Position numbers and translations under genes: made by a program | Assembly: GCF_035594765.1 (NCBI RefSeq) | Contig: NC_085841.1 | Location: 349,007,402 to 349,071,401 of the forward strand | Reading direction: 5' to 3' | Length of the DNA: 64,000 nucleotides | From: Anolis carolinensis | Lineage: Eukaryota | The notes under the pieces: model-generated | Told to the model about the DNA's origin: nothing | What the model saw: the letters and a program-made list of their open reading frames with translations, nothing else | The model's database searches: none | Shown: in pieces, positions 27,543-38,991 of the stretch | Layout: each line of letters starts with the position of its first letter | Numbering within the stretch: the first letter of the stretch is position 1

Positions 27543-27872
27543 CTATACAAAAAGAGGATTTGAGAGGAAGGTGAATACGTATAAACCAAGATGGGAGTGA
27601 TTTAAAGTCCCCCCCCCCCCCCCTTTACCACCATTGTCGTTCCAAAATAGTTTTTCACATTTCCGTTGTAAAGCCATCCCTTAAGGCTGGAGGATTTCCC
27701 AAAAAAGGCAACTGATGTGTTGTGAGAAACATCCATCCCTCCTCTACTTCAATGTGTTCACAGCAGCATCTTAGATGGGCAAATGGGACGCTCCAAATAT
27801 TAGCCCAATTAGCAATACATTTGGGGAAAGAGTAAGAGAAAAACACAGAAGGGAAAAACAGGGCTGTCCTAC

Positions 27873-27951
27873 CTGTGCATGTGATCAAGAGACTTGAATA
27901 ACTGGTACATATAATTCATTATTCTCTTTTCAGGCAGTGGTTTTTTTCTCC
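27873..27951 (-). CDS. MOK: MOK exon 5
   Basis: RKKPLPEKRIMNYMYQLFKSLDHMH; GT-AG. Confidence 0.94.
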
Positions 27952-28204
27952 CTAGAATTTAGAATCAAATGAAAATATGGGAGTTAAATATAAAAGGCTA
28001 ATTGGCTAATTGCCATTGGCTAATTTTTTAATGCTGTTAGGAGATTTTCTACATATAAATTGTGGCACTGTTTGTGTTTTTTAGCATTGGTGGAAAATGC
28101 AGTAGTCAGTATGATTTCTGGTATAGGTTTTCAACACATATTAAACTGGTTAGAGATCTATACACTGCCTTTTTGTTTGACAGTGGGTTTTTCCTTACGC
28201 AACA

Positions 28205-28523
28205 AGCCCCGGTGGCGAAGTGTGTTAAAGCACTGAGCTGCTGAACTTGCAGACCGAAAGGTCCCAGGTTCAAATCCCGGGAGCGGAGTGAGCGCCCGCT
28301 GTTAGCTCCAACTTCTGCCAACCTAGCAGTTTGAAAACATGCAAATGTGAGTAAATCAATAGGTACAGTTCCAGCAGGAATGTAATGAAGCTCCATGCTG
28401 TCATGTCAGCCACATGACCTTGGAGGTGTCTACGGACAATGCCGGCTCTTCGGCTTAGAAATGGAGATGAGCACCACCCCCAGACATGACTGGACTTAAC
28501 ATCAGGGGAAACCTTTACCTTTA
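28205..28523 (+). mobile_element. Sauria-type tRNA-derived SINE
   Basis: Pol III A/B-box-like head (ggtggcgaagtg..., ggttcaaatcc) and (ACCTTT)n tail. Confidence 0.85.
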
Positions 28524-28947
28524 ATAAGGCTTGAACTACTTGAAAACCAAGACTCCCATATAAAACTTACTGAAATTTAAGGTCAGCTTTTGATCCTCTG
28601 TTCCTAATATATCATTTTTTGGGGGGAGCTGTTAAAAGCAAAAAAACCGACTAGAGGTCTTTTAACAAATATTTTCCACTAGTGGAAGGAACTTCTTCAC
28701 ACCAGATTGCTCCAAAGGGAACATAGTTTTGTCTTAATCATAATAAATAAGAGAACTGAAGTTCAACTGAGATCTTATTACAAGAACCTGGAAAATCTTA
28801 CCCTTTTGGACTATAACTGAGTATTCTGGCTGAAATATTCTGGGAGCTATGTCAAGAAAAATACCATTTTCCACACAGAGGTATCATCTCTGCCTTCTAA
28901 TCCTTTTATCTGCTTTCTTTCATATATAACAAAAGAAACAGTCTACT

Positions 28948-29169
28948 GGGTTGTTGTATGTTTTCCGGGCTGTATGGCCATGTTCTAGAAGTATTATCTC
29001 CTGACGTTTCGCCCACATCTATGGCAGGCATCCTCAGAGGTTGTGATGGCAGGATGCCTACCATAGATGTGGGCGAAACATCAGGAGAGAATACTTCTAG
29101 AACATGGCCATACAGCCCGGAAAACATACAACAACCCTGTGATCCCGGCCATGAAAGCCTTTGACAACG
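28948..29169. mobile_element. Penelope-like element remnant with inverted terminal repeats
   Basis: About 90-bp near-perfect inverted repeat; flanking duplication CAGTCTACT at 28939-28947 and 29170-29178. Confidence 0.8.
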
Positions 29170-29359
29170 CAGTCTACTTCCAATAAGATATATTGTGTCT
29201 GTCCATGTAAGGTCTTTCCACAGCTACAAGCATCATGTGATCGTCACTATGTTCTATTTATTATTTTTGGACATATTCAACATTCAACTGCGTTTTTGCA
29301 TAGTGGAATAAATGGAATGTGACTAAAGTATTATTCTGGAGACAGCATAATCTACATAC

Positions 29360-29430
29360 CTTTGATCAGTTCATAAATATTCTTGTCCATAAGTTCACAT
29401 ATTAATGCAAGAGCACCAGATTTCTTGTCA
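29360..29430 (-). CDS. MOK: MOK exon 4
   Basis: DKKSGALALICELMDKNIYELIK; GT-AG. Confidence 0.95.
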
Positions 29431-30061
29431 CTAAAGAAAAAAAAAATCCGTTTAAATTTAATGTTATGAAAGAAAGGGAAAGTAATGGCTTTAATCTTTG
29501 GGGGGTAGAGATGTTCTCTCACACAAAAATAGCAGATATCATATTACAGTATTATAGATACTAGATTTGATATTATAGTATTACTTGCTCATCTTTGGGA
29601 ACATAGCATAAGATGGCCCTCCATAATTACAAATGAAACACTTTCATTCTTGGACCTTTGTTTCCTTTTTTTCTTATACTATTGGTGTTTCCATTTTGGT
29701 ACCACAAGTAAATCAGAGACTTCTGGTGTGGGTGGAATAAAACTAATTTCTTTTTTAACATGTGTACACATGGCCTGTGTAGAAAATGTTGATTCATCAT
29801 GAGGAATATCATATTCAAGAAATACAGTCTCAGCCTTTCCAAATTGTCCATACCACTATAATTCCTCCTATTTTGGGGGTACAGGTGCAAGAACAGATTG
29901 AATTTCATCATTCCAGAAGAAAATAGAGACAATCGTGCTTCAAATTAATTTTATTGAGATTAAGACTTGTTGGGAAAGTTAAATAGCCATTAAATACTTG
30001 GACATAAATTCAAGAGAAGAATACCGAGGGTTGCAAAAGTAAAGAACTCATGTAGACTTAC

Positions 30062-30151
30062 AAAATCACTTCATGCAATATAAGGATATTTGGGTGTGGA
30101 TTCAGTCGCCTTAAGGCTTGTATTTCTCTCAGATTGTTCACATGGTCAATA
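30062..30151 (-). CDS. MOK: MOK exon 3
   Basis: IDHVNNLREIQALRRLNPHPNILILHEVI; GT-AG. Confidence 0.95.
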
Positions 30152-30839
30152 CTAAAAAAGGAGTTGAAAATGAAAAGATCAGGCTACAGCAAGATTATAA
30201 TTCTTCTCTTAAGACATTCTTACACCCACCCAAATTCAACATGATTTCCTTTTTTATTCAAAACACACCCAGCGCATACAGGCTATAATTCTAGAAGCCA
30301 TCTGAGATGCATGCCCATGGTTATATGAGTACACTAAGACCTTCTAATGGTCTCTCTTCTCTAAAAGCTTCTAGTACTGCACTGGAGGCTTTTTATTATT
30401 TTAAAAATGTTTTAATAGTAGTTCTCATGGGCATGGAGGCTTCTTGGAAAAGAGTTTCAAAGCTGGAGGGCATTACTTGTAGCCATCATCTCTCTCACTT
30501 TTGATAGCGGTGATATATGAAACAGAGTTTCAAAAGAATATTTTAATGCACTAACAAATTCATGCAACAGATGGTTTCTGGTTTCTATTATTGCTCTTCA
30601 TGATCAAGAAGAGCAAGCTTGTATATATATGCTCATGTCAGTCAAGCTCTGTATGAGGAAAAGTCATGATTGCAACATCCCTCTTCTTCTTCCAAGGCAT
30701 CCACAGCATATTATTATTACACTTATAATAGTTAGAATCTCATTTTATATCAAATGTTGTTTATGAAGATTAAAGAAATATTTACATGTGATAGTTCCAT
30801 TTTTTTTTAAAAAAGCATTCAAAATGCAGCTATACCTAC

Positions 30840-30954
30840 CTTTCAAAATGTTGTTTCATTTGTTTACATGCATAATACTGTCCACCTTTCAGACTTTGGA
30901 CCTTCAGAACATCAGAAAAGGTTCCCTCTCCAATCTTGCCAATTGTTTTGTATT
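30840..30954 (-). CDS. MOK: MOK exon 2 (Gly-rich loop and catalytic Lys)
   Basis: YKTIGKIGEGTFSDVLK...YYACKQMKQHFE; GT-AG. Confidence 0.95.
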
Positions 30955-32267
30955 CTATAAAGGTCAAATTTTAAAAAGAAAACTAAATTCTAGTACAGAT
31001 TGTATGCTTAATTTCCTTAGGATAGTTTTAAAAACATTTTGCTTCATAAAAATAAATTTAGAATTGTGGGTTATTTATTCAAATCACACACTTCTTTATA
31101 GGTGGAGTTGAGCCTTGTTTGAATAACTGCACAGATTAATTATTACAGTACAGTGTGGATTTCTGCCCTTTAATTACATTGATTTTAAATCTGAGTTCAG
31201 CAGGAAAATAATGTCAATAGAATATATGCCCCTGGCATAAAATGGTTTATTGCTTTGTAAACACAGATTTGGAAATACAGAATTCGGGAGCTCAGAATCT
31301 TGCATGTTTAAGCTACACTGTAAACAATCCCACAAATAGACATTTGCTTCAATAGAAAAGCATGACACTGTGGAAGTGGATTTGCAGTAGAGCTGTTTGT
31401 AAAGAGTCTTATTTATATGTATTAGTAGTGTATTTATATTGGAAAGAACTTCATTACAGCTAGCAGCATTCCAAAGATGTTAACTGTCATGAGAAATTCT
31501 AGAAGATGTCTAGAAGCAACTTCTATAGAAGCGATGTATATGGGAGCGGAGAGAATTAGATGGAAATTAGAGTTGACAAGTTCTGCAGATTTTTCACCAC
31601 AAGGATGGAGAGTGGCTGATAGAACACCCAACTGAACACTTCTATTTTGGATATTTTAATATCGTTATCATTTGTGTTCCAGGTCCCTGTGTGTTTCAGA
31701 TGTTAGAGTCAAACTTTACAAATAGCAAAGCACAAGGAATATACAAAAGGATCTTGTAGCCTCTTAAAGACAAACAGAAGACAAAGCTAGTAGCATAAAC
31801 TTTTGTAACTTATTACACCAACTTCATTTTCTCAGTCCCTTGCCCTAATGATATTCCAGCCGAACATGGCTATGCCTTTGAAGAGCATAAGGAGATTACA
31901 GGTGTTGCTACAACAAAAGCTGCTTATGTGTGGCAGTTTTACGGTATGAGAGGTAGTATGGCATAGAGATTTAATGATCATTATAAAAGACAGACAGACT
32001 ACAGACTACTTCAGACCTCCGATCACACGCTTGCTGTTTTACTGTAAGAGATGCCCTGATCGGTTGGCACAGAGAATAATCTCAAACATATCTGAAACTG
32101 GACTGAGAAATTTTGTATCTGTGTATGCTGAGCACATGAAGGTTGTGAGTAAACCAAATTTGTTATTTTTTAATCAAAATCTTAATTTTGTCTCTTGAAT
32201 GCATGATATAAAACAAGTTGTTTGACGGGCACTGAAAAATACTTCTGAGACACATATACTGCACATA

Positions 32268-32406
32268 GCAAGCATGTGCAAACTTCGGCTCTCCAGGTGT
32301 TTTGGACTCTAACTCCCACAATTACTAACAGCCTACCAGCTGTTAGGAATTGTGGGAGTTGGAGTCCAAAACATCTGGAGGGAAGGCCCAAGTTTGCCCA
32401 GGCTTG
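32268..32406. mobile_element. hAT-type palindromic MITE
   Basis: caagcatgtgcaaactt ... aagtttgcccaggcttg; same family as the element at 54985-57026. Confidence 0.75.
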
Positions 32407-32434
32407 ATGTAGATGCACTTCACGCATTGACTCA

Positions 32435-33090
32435 GGCCCCTTCCACACTGCTGAATAAAATCTCACATTACAGTAGAGTCTCACTTATCCAAGCTAAATG
32501 GGCCGGCAGAAGCTTGGATAAGCGAATATCTTGGATAATAAGGAGGGATTAAGGAAAAGCCTACTAATCAAATTAGGTTATGATTTTACAAATTAAGCAC
32601 CAAAACATCATGTTATACAACAAATTTGATAGAAAAGGTAGTTCAATACGCAGTAATGTTATGTTGTAATTACTGTATTTATGAATTTAGCACCAAAATA
32701 TCACAATATATTGAAAACATTGACTACAAAAATGGCTTGGATAATCCAGAAACTTGGATAAGCGAGACTCTACTGTATCTGCTTTGAACTGGAATATATG
32801 GCAGTACTGTATCTGCTTTGAACTGGAATATATGGCAGTACTGTATCTGCTTTGAACTGGAATATATGGACTCTGATAAACCCAGTTCAAAGAAGGTACT
32901 GTGGGATTTTCTGCCTTGATATTCTGGGGGCCCTTCCAGAATATCCCAGAATATCAAGGCAGAAAACGCCACAGTATCTGCTTGGAACTGTGTTATCTGA
33001 GTCCACACTGCCATATATTCCAGTTCAAAGCAGACAATATGGGATTTTCTGCCTTGATCTTCCGGGATATAGGGCTGTGTGGAAGGGCCC
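32435..33090. mobile_element. PIF/Harbinger-like MITE interrupted by a Tigger-like MITE
   Basis: gg(c/g)cccttccacac terminal inverted repeats, TCA 3-bp flanks; internal 34-bp tandem repeat at 32771-32870. Confidence 0.7.
32471..32775. mobile_element. Tc1/pogo (Tigger-like) MITE, copy 1
   Basis: TA|cagtagagtctcacttatccaa ... ttggataagcgagactctactg|TA. Confidence 0.9.
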
Positions 33091-33279
33091 TCAGTGCCTG
33101 CATAAAATGGAGGAAGCCTTTCTCTCCTTTCTCTGAACCAGAAACCCCTTCCCTCATCTCATTCTCCACAGAATGAAACAAAACAAGGCTTCTTTCTGTG
33201 AGGGGAGGAAATGTCCCGCCTCCTTCCTTCCTATACTTTGGGCCCTCTCTTCCCCCCATGTCCCGAAAAGGAAAGAGGC

Positions 33280-33700
33280 CCAGCCCAGGCCTGCGACCCT
33301 CCTCAACGGGCCCTTTTCCCCTTACTGTTCATCCTCCGCCGGGTCTCCTTCCGGTGGGGAGGGGGCGCGGTCGCAGAACAGCCACAGTCTCTCCCCCTCC
33401 CCTTCCTCTTCGCCTTGTCAGCGCGCCATGTTGTCTTCCCCGTCACCCTGGCAACCCCAGCAGAGCGTCAGCCAGCCAGGCGCACGCCACGCCACGCCAC
33501 GCCCTGCCTTGCCCTGCCTATCAAAGGTCGGCGCAAGCGCAGTCACTCACCTCCGCCCTCGCCGACGATCGACTGCGGCAAGCCCAGCGAGGTCTTCATG
33601 CTCGCACACCGTCTTCCCACCCGAATGCGTCAGGTGTGCGCATGCGCGCCGTCTCCCTCTTCCCCCCCCTCCGCCTTTCCTTTGTTCGCATGCGCAGTAG
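33280..33700 (-). promoter_or_regulatory. MOK CpG-island promoter with RFX X-box (33442-33455), YY1-like (33423-33433) and NRF1-like sites (33637-33647, 33687-33696)
   Basis: GTCACCCTGGCAAC, CAACATGGCG on the - strand, TGCGCATGCGC; high CpG density. Confidence 0.75.
33326..33332 (-). CDS. MOK: MOK exon 1 coding part (ATG AAC A)
   Basis: ggaggATGAACA|gtaagg in a CpG island; phase 1 joins exon 2 to give MNKYKTIGK; total CDS 1257 nt. Confidence 0.8.
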
Positions 33701-33744
33701 TCCCCTTGAGAAAAAAGCCTTTTGTTGTTCTTTGAGTGACACTG

Positions 33745-34425
33745 GCTCCTTCAACACAGCTGAATTAAATCCCACATTATCTGCTTTAAACTGGAATATC
33801 AAGGCAGAATAACCCGAAATACAGTATCTGCTTTGAACTGGGTTATCTGAGTCCACACTGCCATATATTCCACTTCAAAGCAGACAATGTGGGATTTTAT
33901 TCTTTTTATGTTTTGAACCTTCATAGTGTTTGCTTATCTCTTTGACATTGTGAGATTTTCTTCCTTGATATTCTGGGTTATCTGATCCCAGGTTTTCTGC
34001 TTTAAACTGGATTATATGAGTCTGCACTTCCAGATAATCTGGGATAAACAAAACCAGGGTTAAGATCCTGGGATATAGGGCCCACTTTCAGGGCCCTTCC
34101 ACACAGCCATACAATCCATAATATCACGGCAGATAATCCCACAATATCTGCTTTGAAGTGGGTTATCTGACTCCACACTGCCATATGTTTCAGTTCTAAG
34201 CAAAAAAATGTGGGATTTTATTCAACTGGCAAAGGCACCTCTGAACAAATCTGGCCAAGCAAAATAGGACTGAATGTACTTGAAGACACACAACAAATAC
34301 ATAGATATAAGGCCCTTCTTCACTGCCATGTAAAATCCAGATTATCTGCTTTGAACTGGATTATATGACAGTGTAGAAGGGGCCCTTTGATAGCCTGGAT
34401 TATTTCACAGTGTAGAAGGGGCCTA
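33745..34425. mobile_element. Cluster of Harbinger-like MITE fragments
   Basis: Repeated tatctgctttgaactgg and gcccttccacac motifs in both orientations. Confidence 0.65.
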
Positions 34426-34470
34426 ACTCTGCTATGCCTTTGAATGCTAACAAGTTCAAATTAAGCACAG

Positions 34471-34471
<1 letters not shown>

Positions 34472-34503
<32 letters not shown>

Positions 34504-34565
34504 TCTTTATTTTTGTATCCCACCCCATCTACCTGAGGGGACTTGGGGCGGCTCACATGGGGACC
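34472..34565 (-). mobile_element. L2-like LINE 3' tail with (TAA)n, split by the CR1 insertion
   Basis: Reverse complement resembles the tail at 56880-56960; continues after the CR1 at about 35810-35835. Confidence 0.55.
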
Positions 34566-35808
34566 ATAGAATCATAGAATCATAGAATAGTAGAGTTGGA
34601 ACAGACCACATGGGCCATCTAGTCCAACCCCCTGCTAAGAAGCAGGAAATCGCATTCAAAGCACCCCCGACAGATGGCCATCCAGCCTCTGCTTAAAAGC
34701 CTCCAAGGAAGGAGCCTCCACCACGGCCCCGGGGAGAGAGTTCCACTGTCGAACAGCTCTCACAGTGAGGAAGTTCTTCCTGATGTTCAAGTGGAATCTC
34801 CTTTCCTGTAGTTTGAAGCCATTGTTCCGTGTCCTAGTCTGCAGGGCAGCAGAAAACAAGCTTGCTCCCTCTTCCCTATGACTTCCCTTCATGTATTTGT
34901 ACATGGCTATCATGTCTCCTCTCAGCCTTCTCTTCTGCAGGCTAAACATGCCCAGCTCTTTAAGCCGCTCCTCATAGGGCTTGTTCTCCAGACCCTTAAT
35001 CATTTTAGTCGCCCTCCTCTGGACGCTTTCCAGTTTGTCAACATCTCCCTTCAACTGTGGTGCCCAAAATTGGACACAGTATTCCAGGTGTGGTCTGACC
35101 AAGGCAGAATAGAGGGGGAGCATAACTTCCCTGGATCTAGACGCTATTCCCCTATTGATGCAGGCCAGAATCCCATTGGCTTTTTTAGCAGCCGCATCAC
35201 ATTGTTGGCTCATGTTTAACTTGTTGTCCACAAGGACTCCAAGGTCTTTTTCGCACACACTGCTGTCAAGCCAGGCGTCCCCCATTCTGTATCTTTGATT
35301 TCCATTTTTTCTGCCGAAGTGAAGTATCTTGCATTTGTCCCTGTTGAACTTCATTTTGTTAGTTTTGGCCCATCTCTCTAGTCTGTCAAGATCGTTTTGA
35401 ATTCTGCTCCTGTCTTCTGGAGTGTTAGCTATCCCTCCCAGTTTTGTGTCGTCTGCAAACTTGATGATCGTGCCTTCTAACCCTTCGTCTAAGTCGTTAA
35501 TAAAGATGTTGAACAGAACCGGGCCCAGGACGGAGCCCTGCGGCACTCCACTTGTCACTTCTTTCCATGATGAAGACGACGCATTGGTGAGCACCCTTTG
35601 GGTTCGTTCGCTTAGCCAATTACAGATCCACCTAACCGTAGTTTTGTCTAGCCCACATTTTACTAGTTTGTTTGCCAGAAGGTCGTGGGGGACTTTGTCG
35701 AAGGCCTTACTGAAATCCAGGTACGCTACATCCACAGCATTCCCTGTATCGACCCAACTCGTAACTCTATCGAAAAAAGAGGTCAGATTAGTCTGGCATG
35801 ACTTGTTG
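34566..35808 (-). mobile_element. 5'-truncated young CR1 LINE with an uninterrupted reverse-transcriptase C-terminal frame
   Basis: [19 protein letters not shown] and FADD motifs; stop at 34656; (ATTCTATG)n 3' tail. Confidence 0.95.
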
Positions 35809-35970
35809 GCAAGCCCAACAACATACAATAAAATAGTTTAATATTATTCCAGTACATAAAATGGAGCACTGTACAGATTTTATTTGTGCAGTTTTAATTT
35901 AAAATATAAAATGGAAAATAAAACTCTTTTTTTTATTTAAGGAAGTTGAATATTCACCTAAAACTAATTA

Positions 35971-36293
35971 CAGTAGAGTCTCACTTATCCAACATAAACG
36001 GTCCGGCAGAATGTTGGATAAGCGAATATGTTGGATAATAAGGAGGCATTAAGGAAAAGCCTATTAAACATCAAATTAGGTTATGATTTTACAAATGAAG
36101 CACCAAAACATCATGTTAGACAACAAATTTGGCAGAAAAAGTAGTTCAATACGCAGTAATGCTATGTAGTAATTACTGTATTTACGAATTTAGCACCAAA
36201 ATATCACGATATATTGAAAACATTGACTACAAAAATGCGTTGGATAATCCAGAATGTTGGATAAGCGAGTCTTGGATAAGTGAGACTCTACTG
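35971..36293. mobile_element. Tc1/pogo (Tigger-like) MITE, copy 2
   Basis: TA TSD and 22-bp terminal inverted repeats. Confidence 0.9.
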
Positions 36294-36375
36294 TACTAAT
36301 TTATTCCACACAAATAAACAACATTTGCTATGTGTCAGTAACCAAGGAGAAGTGCAGGAATCTGCTGCGCCAAGT

Positions 36376-36449
36376 GGCCGGTTAGCTCAGTTGGTTAGAG
36401 CGTGGTGCTAATAACGCCAAGGTCGCGGGTTCGATCCCCGTACGGGCCA
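36376..36449 (+). tRNA. tRNA-Ile (anticodon AAT)
   Basis: GGCCGGTTAGCTCAGTTGGTTAGAGCGTGGTGCTAATAACGCCAAGGTCGCGGGTTCGATCCCCGTACGGGCCA; canonical cloverleaf, A and B boxes, T-runs 10-20 nt downstream. Confidence 0.98.
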
Positions 36450-36597
36450 AAGGGAAATTATTTTGTTTTTAAAAATAGCAATACTGTACATTTAAATAAA
36501 AAACCTTAGAAAGGCAAAATATGTATTTAAAAAGCCATTCCAATGCATATAAGAAGGAAAATGGACTACGAAAGCAGCACACTGATTTAACATTATG

Positions 36598-36780
36598 GCC
36601 GCATCTACACTGAATGAACGCAGTTTGGCACCACCCTTAATTGCCATGGCTGGCATTTTGAAGACACAACACTTTTTGGTGAAGGACCTTGCAAATCTAT
36701 AACTTCCATCATACCAGAGCATTGAGCCATGGTAGTTAAAGGTGGGTCAGAATGCATTCATTCTACAGTGTAGATTCATT
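36598..36780. mobile_element. Harbinger-like MITE
   Basis: gcatctacactg ... cagtgtagattc inverted ends; relatives near 50170-50355 and 53875-54092. Confidence 0.55.
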
Positions 36781-36889
36781 CTCCTACTGAATTTTAACCA
36801 TTATAATCTCCCTTTGGTTTCTATACTGTAGAATAGGACAGAAAGTGGTAGGAAGCTCGACTGCGTTTTTTTAATCGAAATATGTCTCC

Positions 36890-37032
36890 TGTCGGCTTCC
36901 GCTGCCACCCTCCTGCTTTTTGATGACGTCAGATGAGGCCGACTGAAACGTTTCTATTGGTTACGTTCTCGCTTCTCGCGTGAGCAGCAGAAGGATGAGA
37001 TTTCAACCTTAGTTAATTACCAAGATGGCGGC
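36890..37032 (+). promoter_or_regulatory. ZNF839 promoter: ETS-like CTTCCG, full CRE TGACGTCA (36924-36931), inverted CCAAT (36956-36960), TCTCGCGTGA, YY1 motif over the ATG
   Basis: Motifs read directly in a CpG-rich region just upstream of the start codon. Confidence 0.7.
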
Positions 37033-37237
37033 TCCTGAGCGAACGAGTGTCGTTTCTCAGGAAAAGTCGGCTTCCTCGAGGGTTCTTTTGGACCCACAGA
37101 CCTCTGCTTCTCCGGCATCCCTGCCGCCCGCTTCCAGCATCTTTTACAGCGCGTTCCAGGAGCTGCAGAAAACGGCTCAGCTACAAGAGAAATCGGGGAA
37201 GGCGGCTGAGGCCTTTACTAGGCTCCTTCCGCCAAAG
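37025..37237 (+). CDS. ZNF839: ZNF839 exon 1
   Basis: aagATGGCG Kozak context; AAG|gtaata donor, phase 0; syntenic position. Confidence 0.75.
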
Positions 37238-38066
37238 GTAATATAGACTTTCTGGCTTATTTGAGGCCTGTTATTATTATGACGACGATTATTATAGACT
37301 CAAAGCTGTCACCTGAGTCCTCGGTGTCCCGAAATGGTCACAGTGCTCATCTACACTAACTATTTAATGCAGTTCCAAACCAGTATTAAAGAAAGGTTTT
37401 CCTGTGCAAATGGTTACATAGGAAATCCTGGAACCATTTGGAAGCCCGGGGTGGTGATGACACAAACCACAGAGCACTGAGGCGCATTCAGGTTTTTCTT
37501 TTCATGGGAGTTTGTTGTTGAAGCTAGCTTCGAACTGTATTAAAGGGTCAGTGTAGATGAGGCTGTTAGGAATTGTGGGAGTTGGAATCCAAAACACCCG
37601 GAGGACCAAAGTTTTCCCATGTCTGGGCTTTGGTCTCTCAAGTCAATACAGAGATATATTCAGAAACATTTTTTCTTTGTAGAAATAGGAAGTTACATGG
37701 TGCTAGGCACAAAGCTTAGTGGGTTCCTAGCAAACTTCTTTTTAAAGGATTTTTACTCTTTCATTTAGTGTTTGCAGGTTGTTCTCCAATTGCCTAATGA
37801 TCCTTATCTTACACGACTCTAATTGACTTTTTGCGTACACGTGGTTCTCTGTATGCATTATTAATGTGTGTTTCCTGACAGGTGTTTGTCCATGGCTTTT
37901 GTAATATTTTCCCTTTAAACAAAGGGCTTGTGTTCCTTCAGAGGAAGTTGCAGACTAGAGGTTTTGGCTTATAACCGCTTTCTCCCTACAATTTATCTAA
38001 CTGTACAGTTTTTTTTTTAACTGTATGCTTATCTTATGTAATCTTATGTCGATTACTCTCATATTT

Positions 38067-38294
38067 GGGTTACTGTGAGTCTTTCAACCTACATGGCCAC
38101 GTTCCAGGAGCTTTTTCGCCTGATGTTTCATCCACATCTCTGGCAGGCATCCTCTGAGGTTCACCTCACAACCTCTGTAGATGCCTGCCACAGATGTGGG
38201 TGAAACATCAGGCGAGAAAATTTCTGGAACATAGCCATACAGCCCGAAAGACTCACAGCAACCCAGTGATTCCGGTCATGAAAGCCTTCAACAA
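38067..38294. mobile_element. Penelope-like remnant with inverted arrangement
   Basis: Same family as 28948; 13-bp flanking duplication TACTCTCATATTT at 38054-38066 and 38295-38307. Confidence 0.8.
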
Positions 38295-38451
38295 TACTCT
38301 CATATTTATTTGTAGAAATACTAATGCTGTACTGATCTCTTGGTGCCAACTTATCAAATCATTTCACACCATTACAAAACAATGCAATTTAAAATCTACA
38401 ACATATAAAAATTAAAATAGAATTAAACTTACAGGTTAGTTAAAATAACAG

Positions 38452-38706
38452 TGGAGCCCCCAGTGGCGTAATGAGTTAAACCCTTGTGCCAGCAGGACTG
38501 CTGACCGACAGGTTGACGGTTTGAATCTGGGGAGAGCAGGTGAGGTCCCTCTGTCAGCTCCAGCTCCCCATGGGGGACATGAGAGAAGCCTCCCACAAGG
38601 ATGGTAAAGCATCAAAACATCTGGGCAACATCCTTGCAGACGGCCAATTCTCTCACACCAAAAGCAACTTGCAGTTTCTCAAGTCGCTCCTCTGATATGA
38701 AAAAAA
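38452..38706 (+). mobile_element. tRNA-derived SINE (Anolis-type) with A-tail
   Basis: ggagcccccagtggcg head, B-box-like ggtttgaatc, terminal A-run. Confidence 0.7.
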
Positions 38707-38857
38707 GTTAAAATCACTTGGCTACACTTGATTAAGGTACATTTCAAACTGAGTATGTGATTTTCTTTGCCTCAACTGCAAACCACTTCTGAGGTGGTAG
38801 GCCACGAAGACTATTCCTTATACTTGTAAGGCATTATTGGATACCTAGGCTTTAAGC

Positions 38858-38991
38858 CAGTGATTCTCAACCTGTGGTCCCCAGATCTTTTTGGCCCTAA
38901 CTCCCAGAAATCCTAACAGCTGGTAAACTTGCTGAGATTTCTGGGAGTTGTGGGCCAAAAATATCTGGGGACCTCAGGTTGAGAACCACCA
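38858..38991. mobile_element. hAT-Charlie-like palindromic MITE
   Basis: cagtgattctcaacctg / caggttgagaaccac inverted ends; 8-bp TSD CTTTAAGC. Confidence 0.85.

Noticed and set aside
28205-28290. tRNA-like sequence
   Set aside because: SINE head continuing into a SINE body and (ACCTTT)n tail; not a cloverleaf tRNA gene
33418-33429. caacATGGCG as the MOK start codon
   Set aside because: Stops after three codons (M-A-R-*); at most a uORF or YY1 site
33173-33856. Overlapping 170-200 aa ORFs in the MOK CpG island
   Set aside because: GC-rich promoter DNA is depleted of stop codons; peptides are low-complexity
34656-35828. 390-aa reverse transcriptase ORF as a functional gene
   Set aside because: 5'-truncated CR1; the start codon comes from flanking sequence and the endonuclease and RT N-terminus are missing
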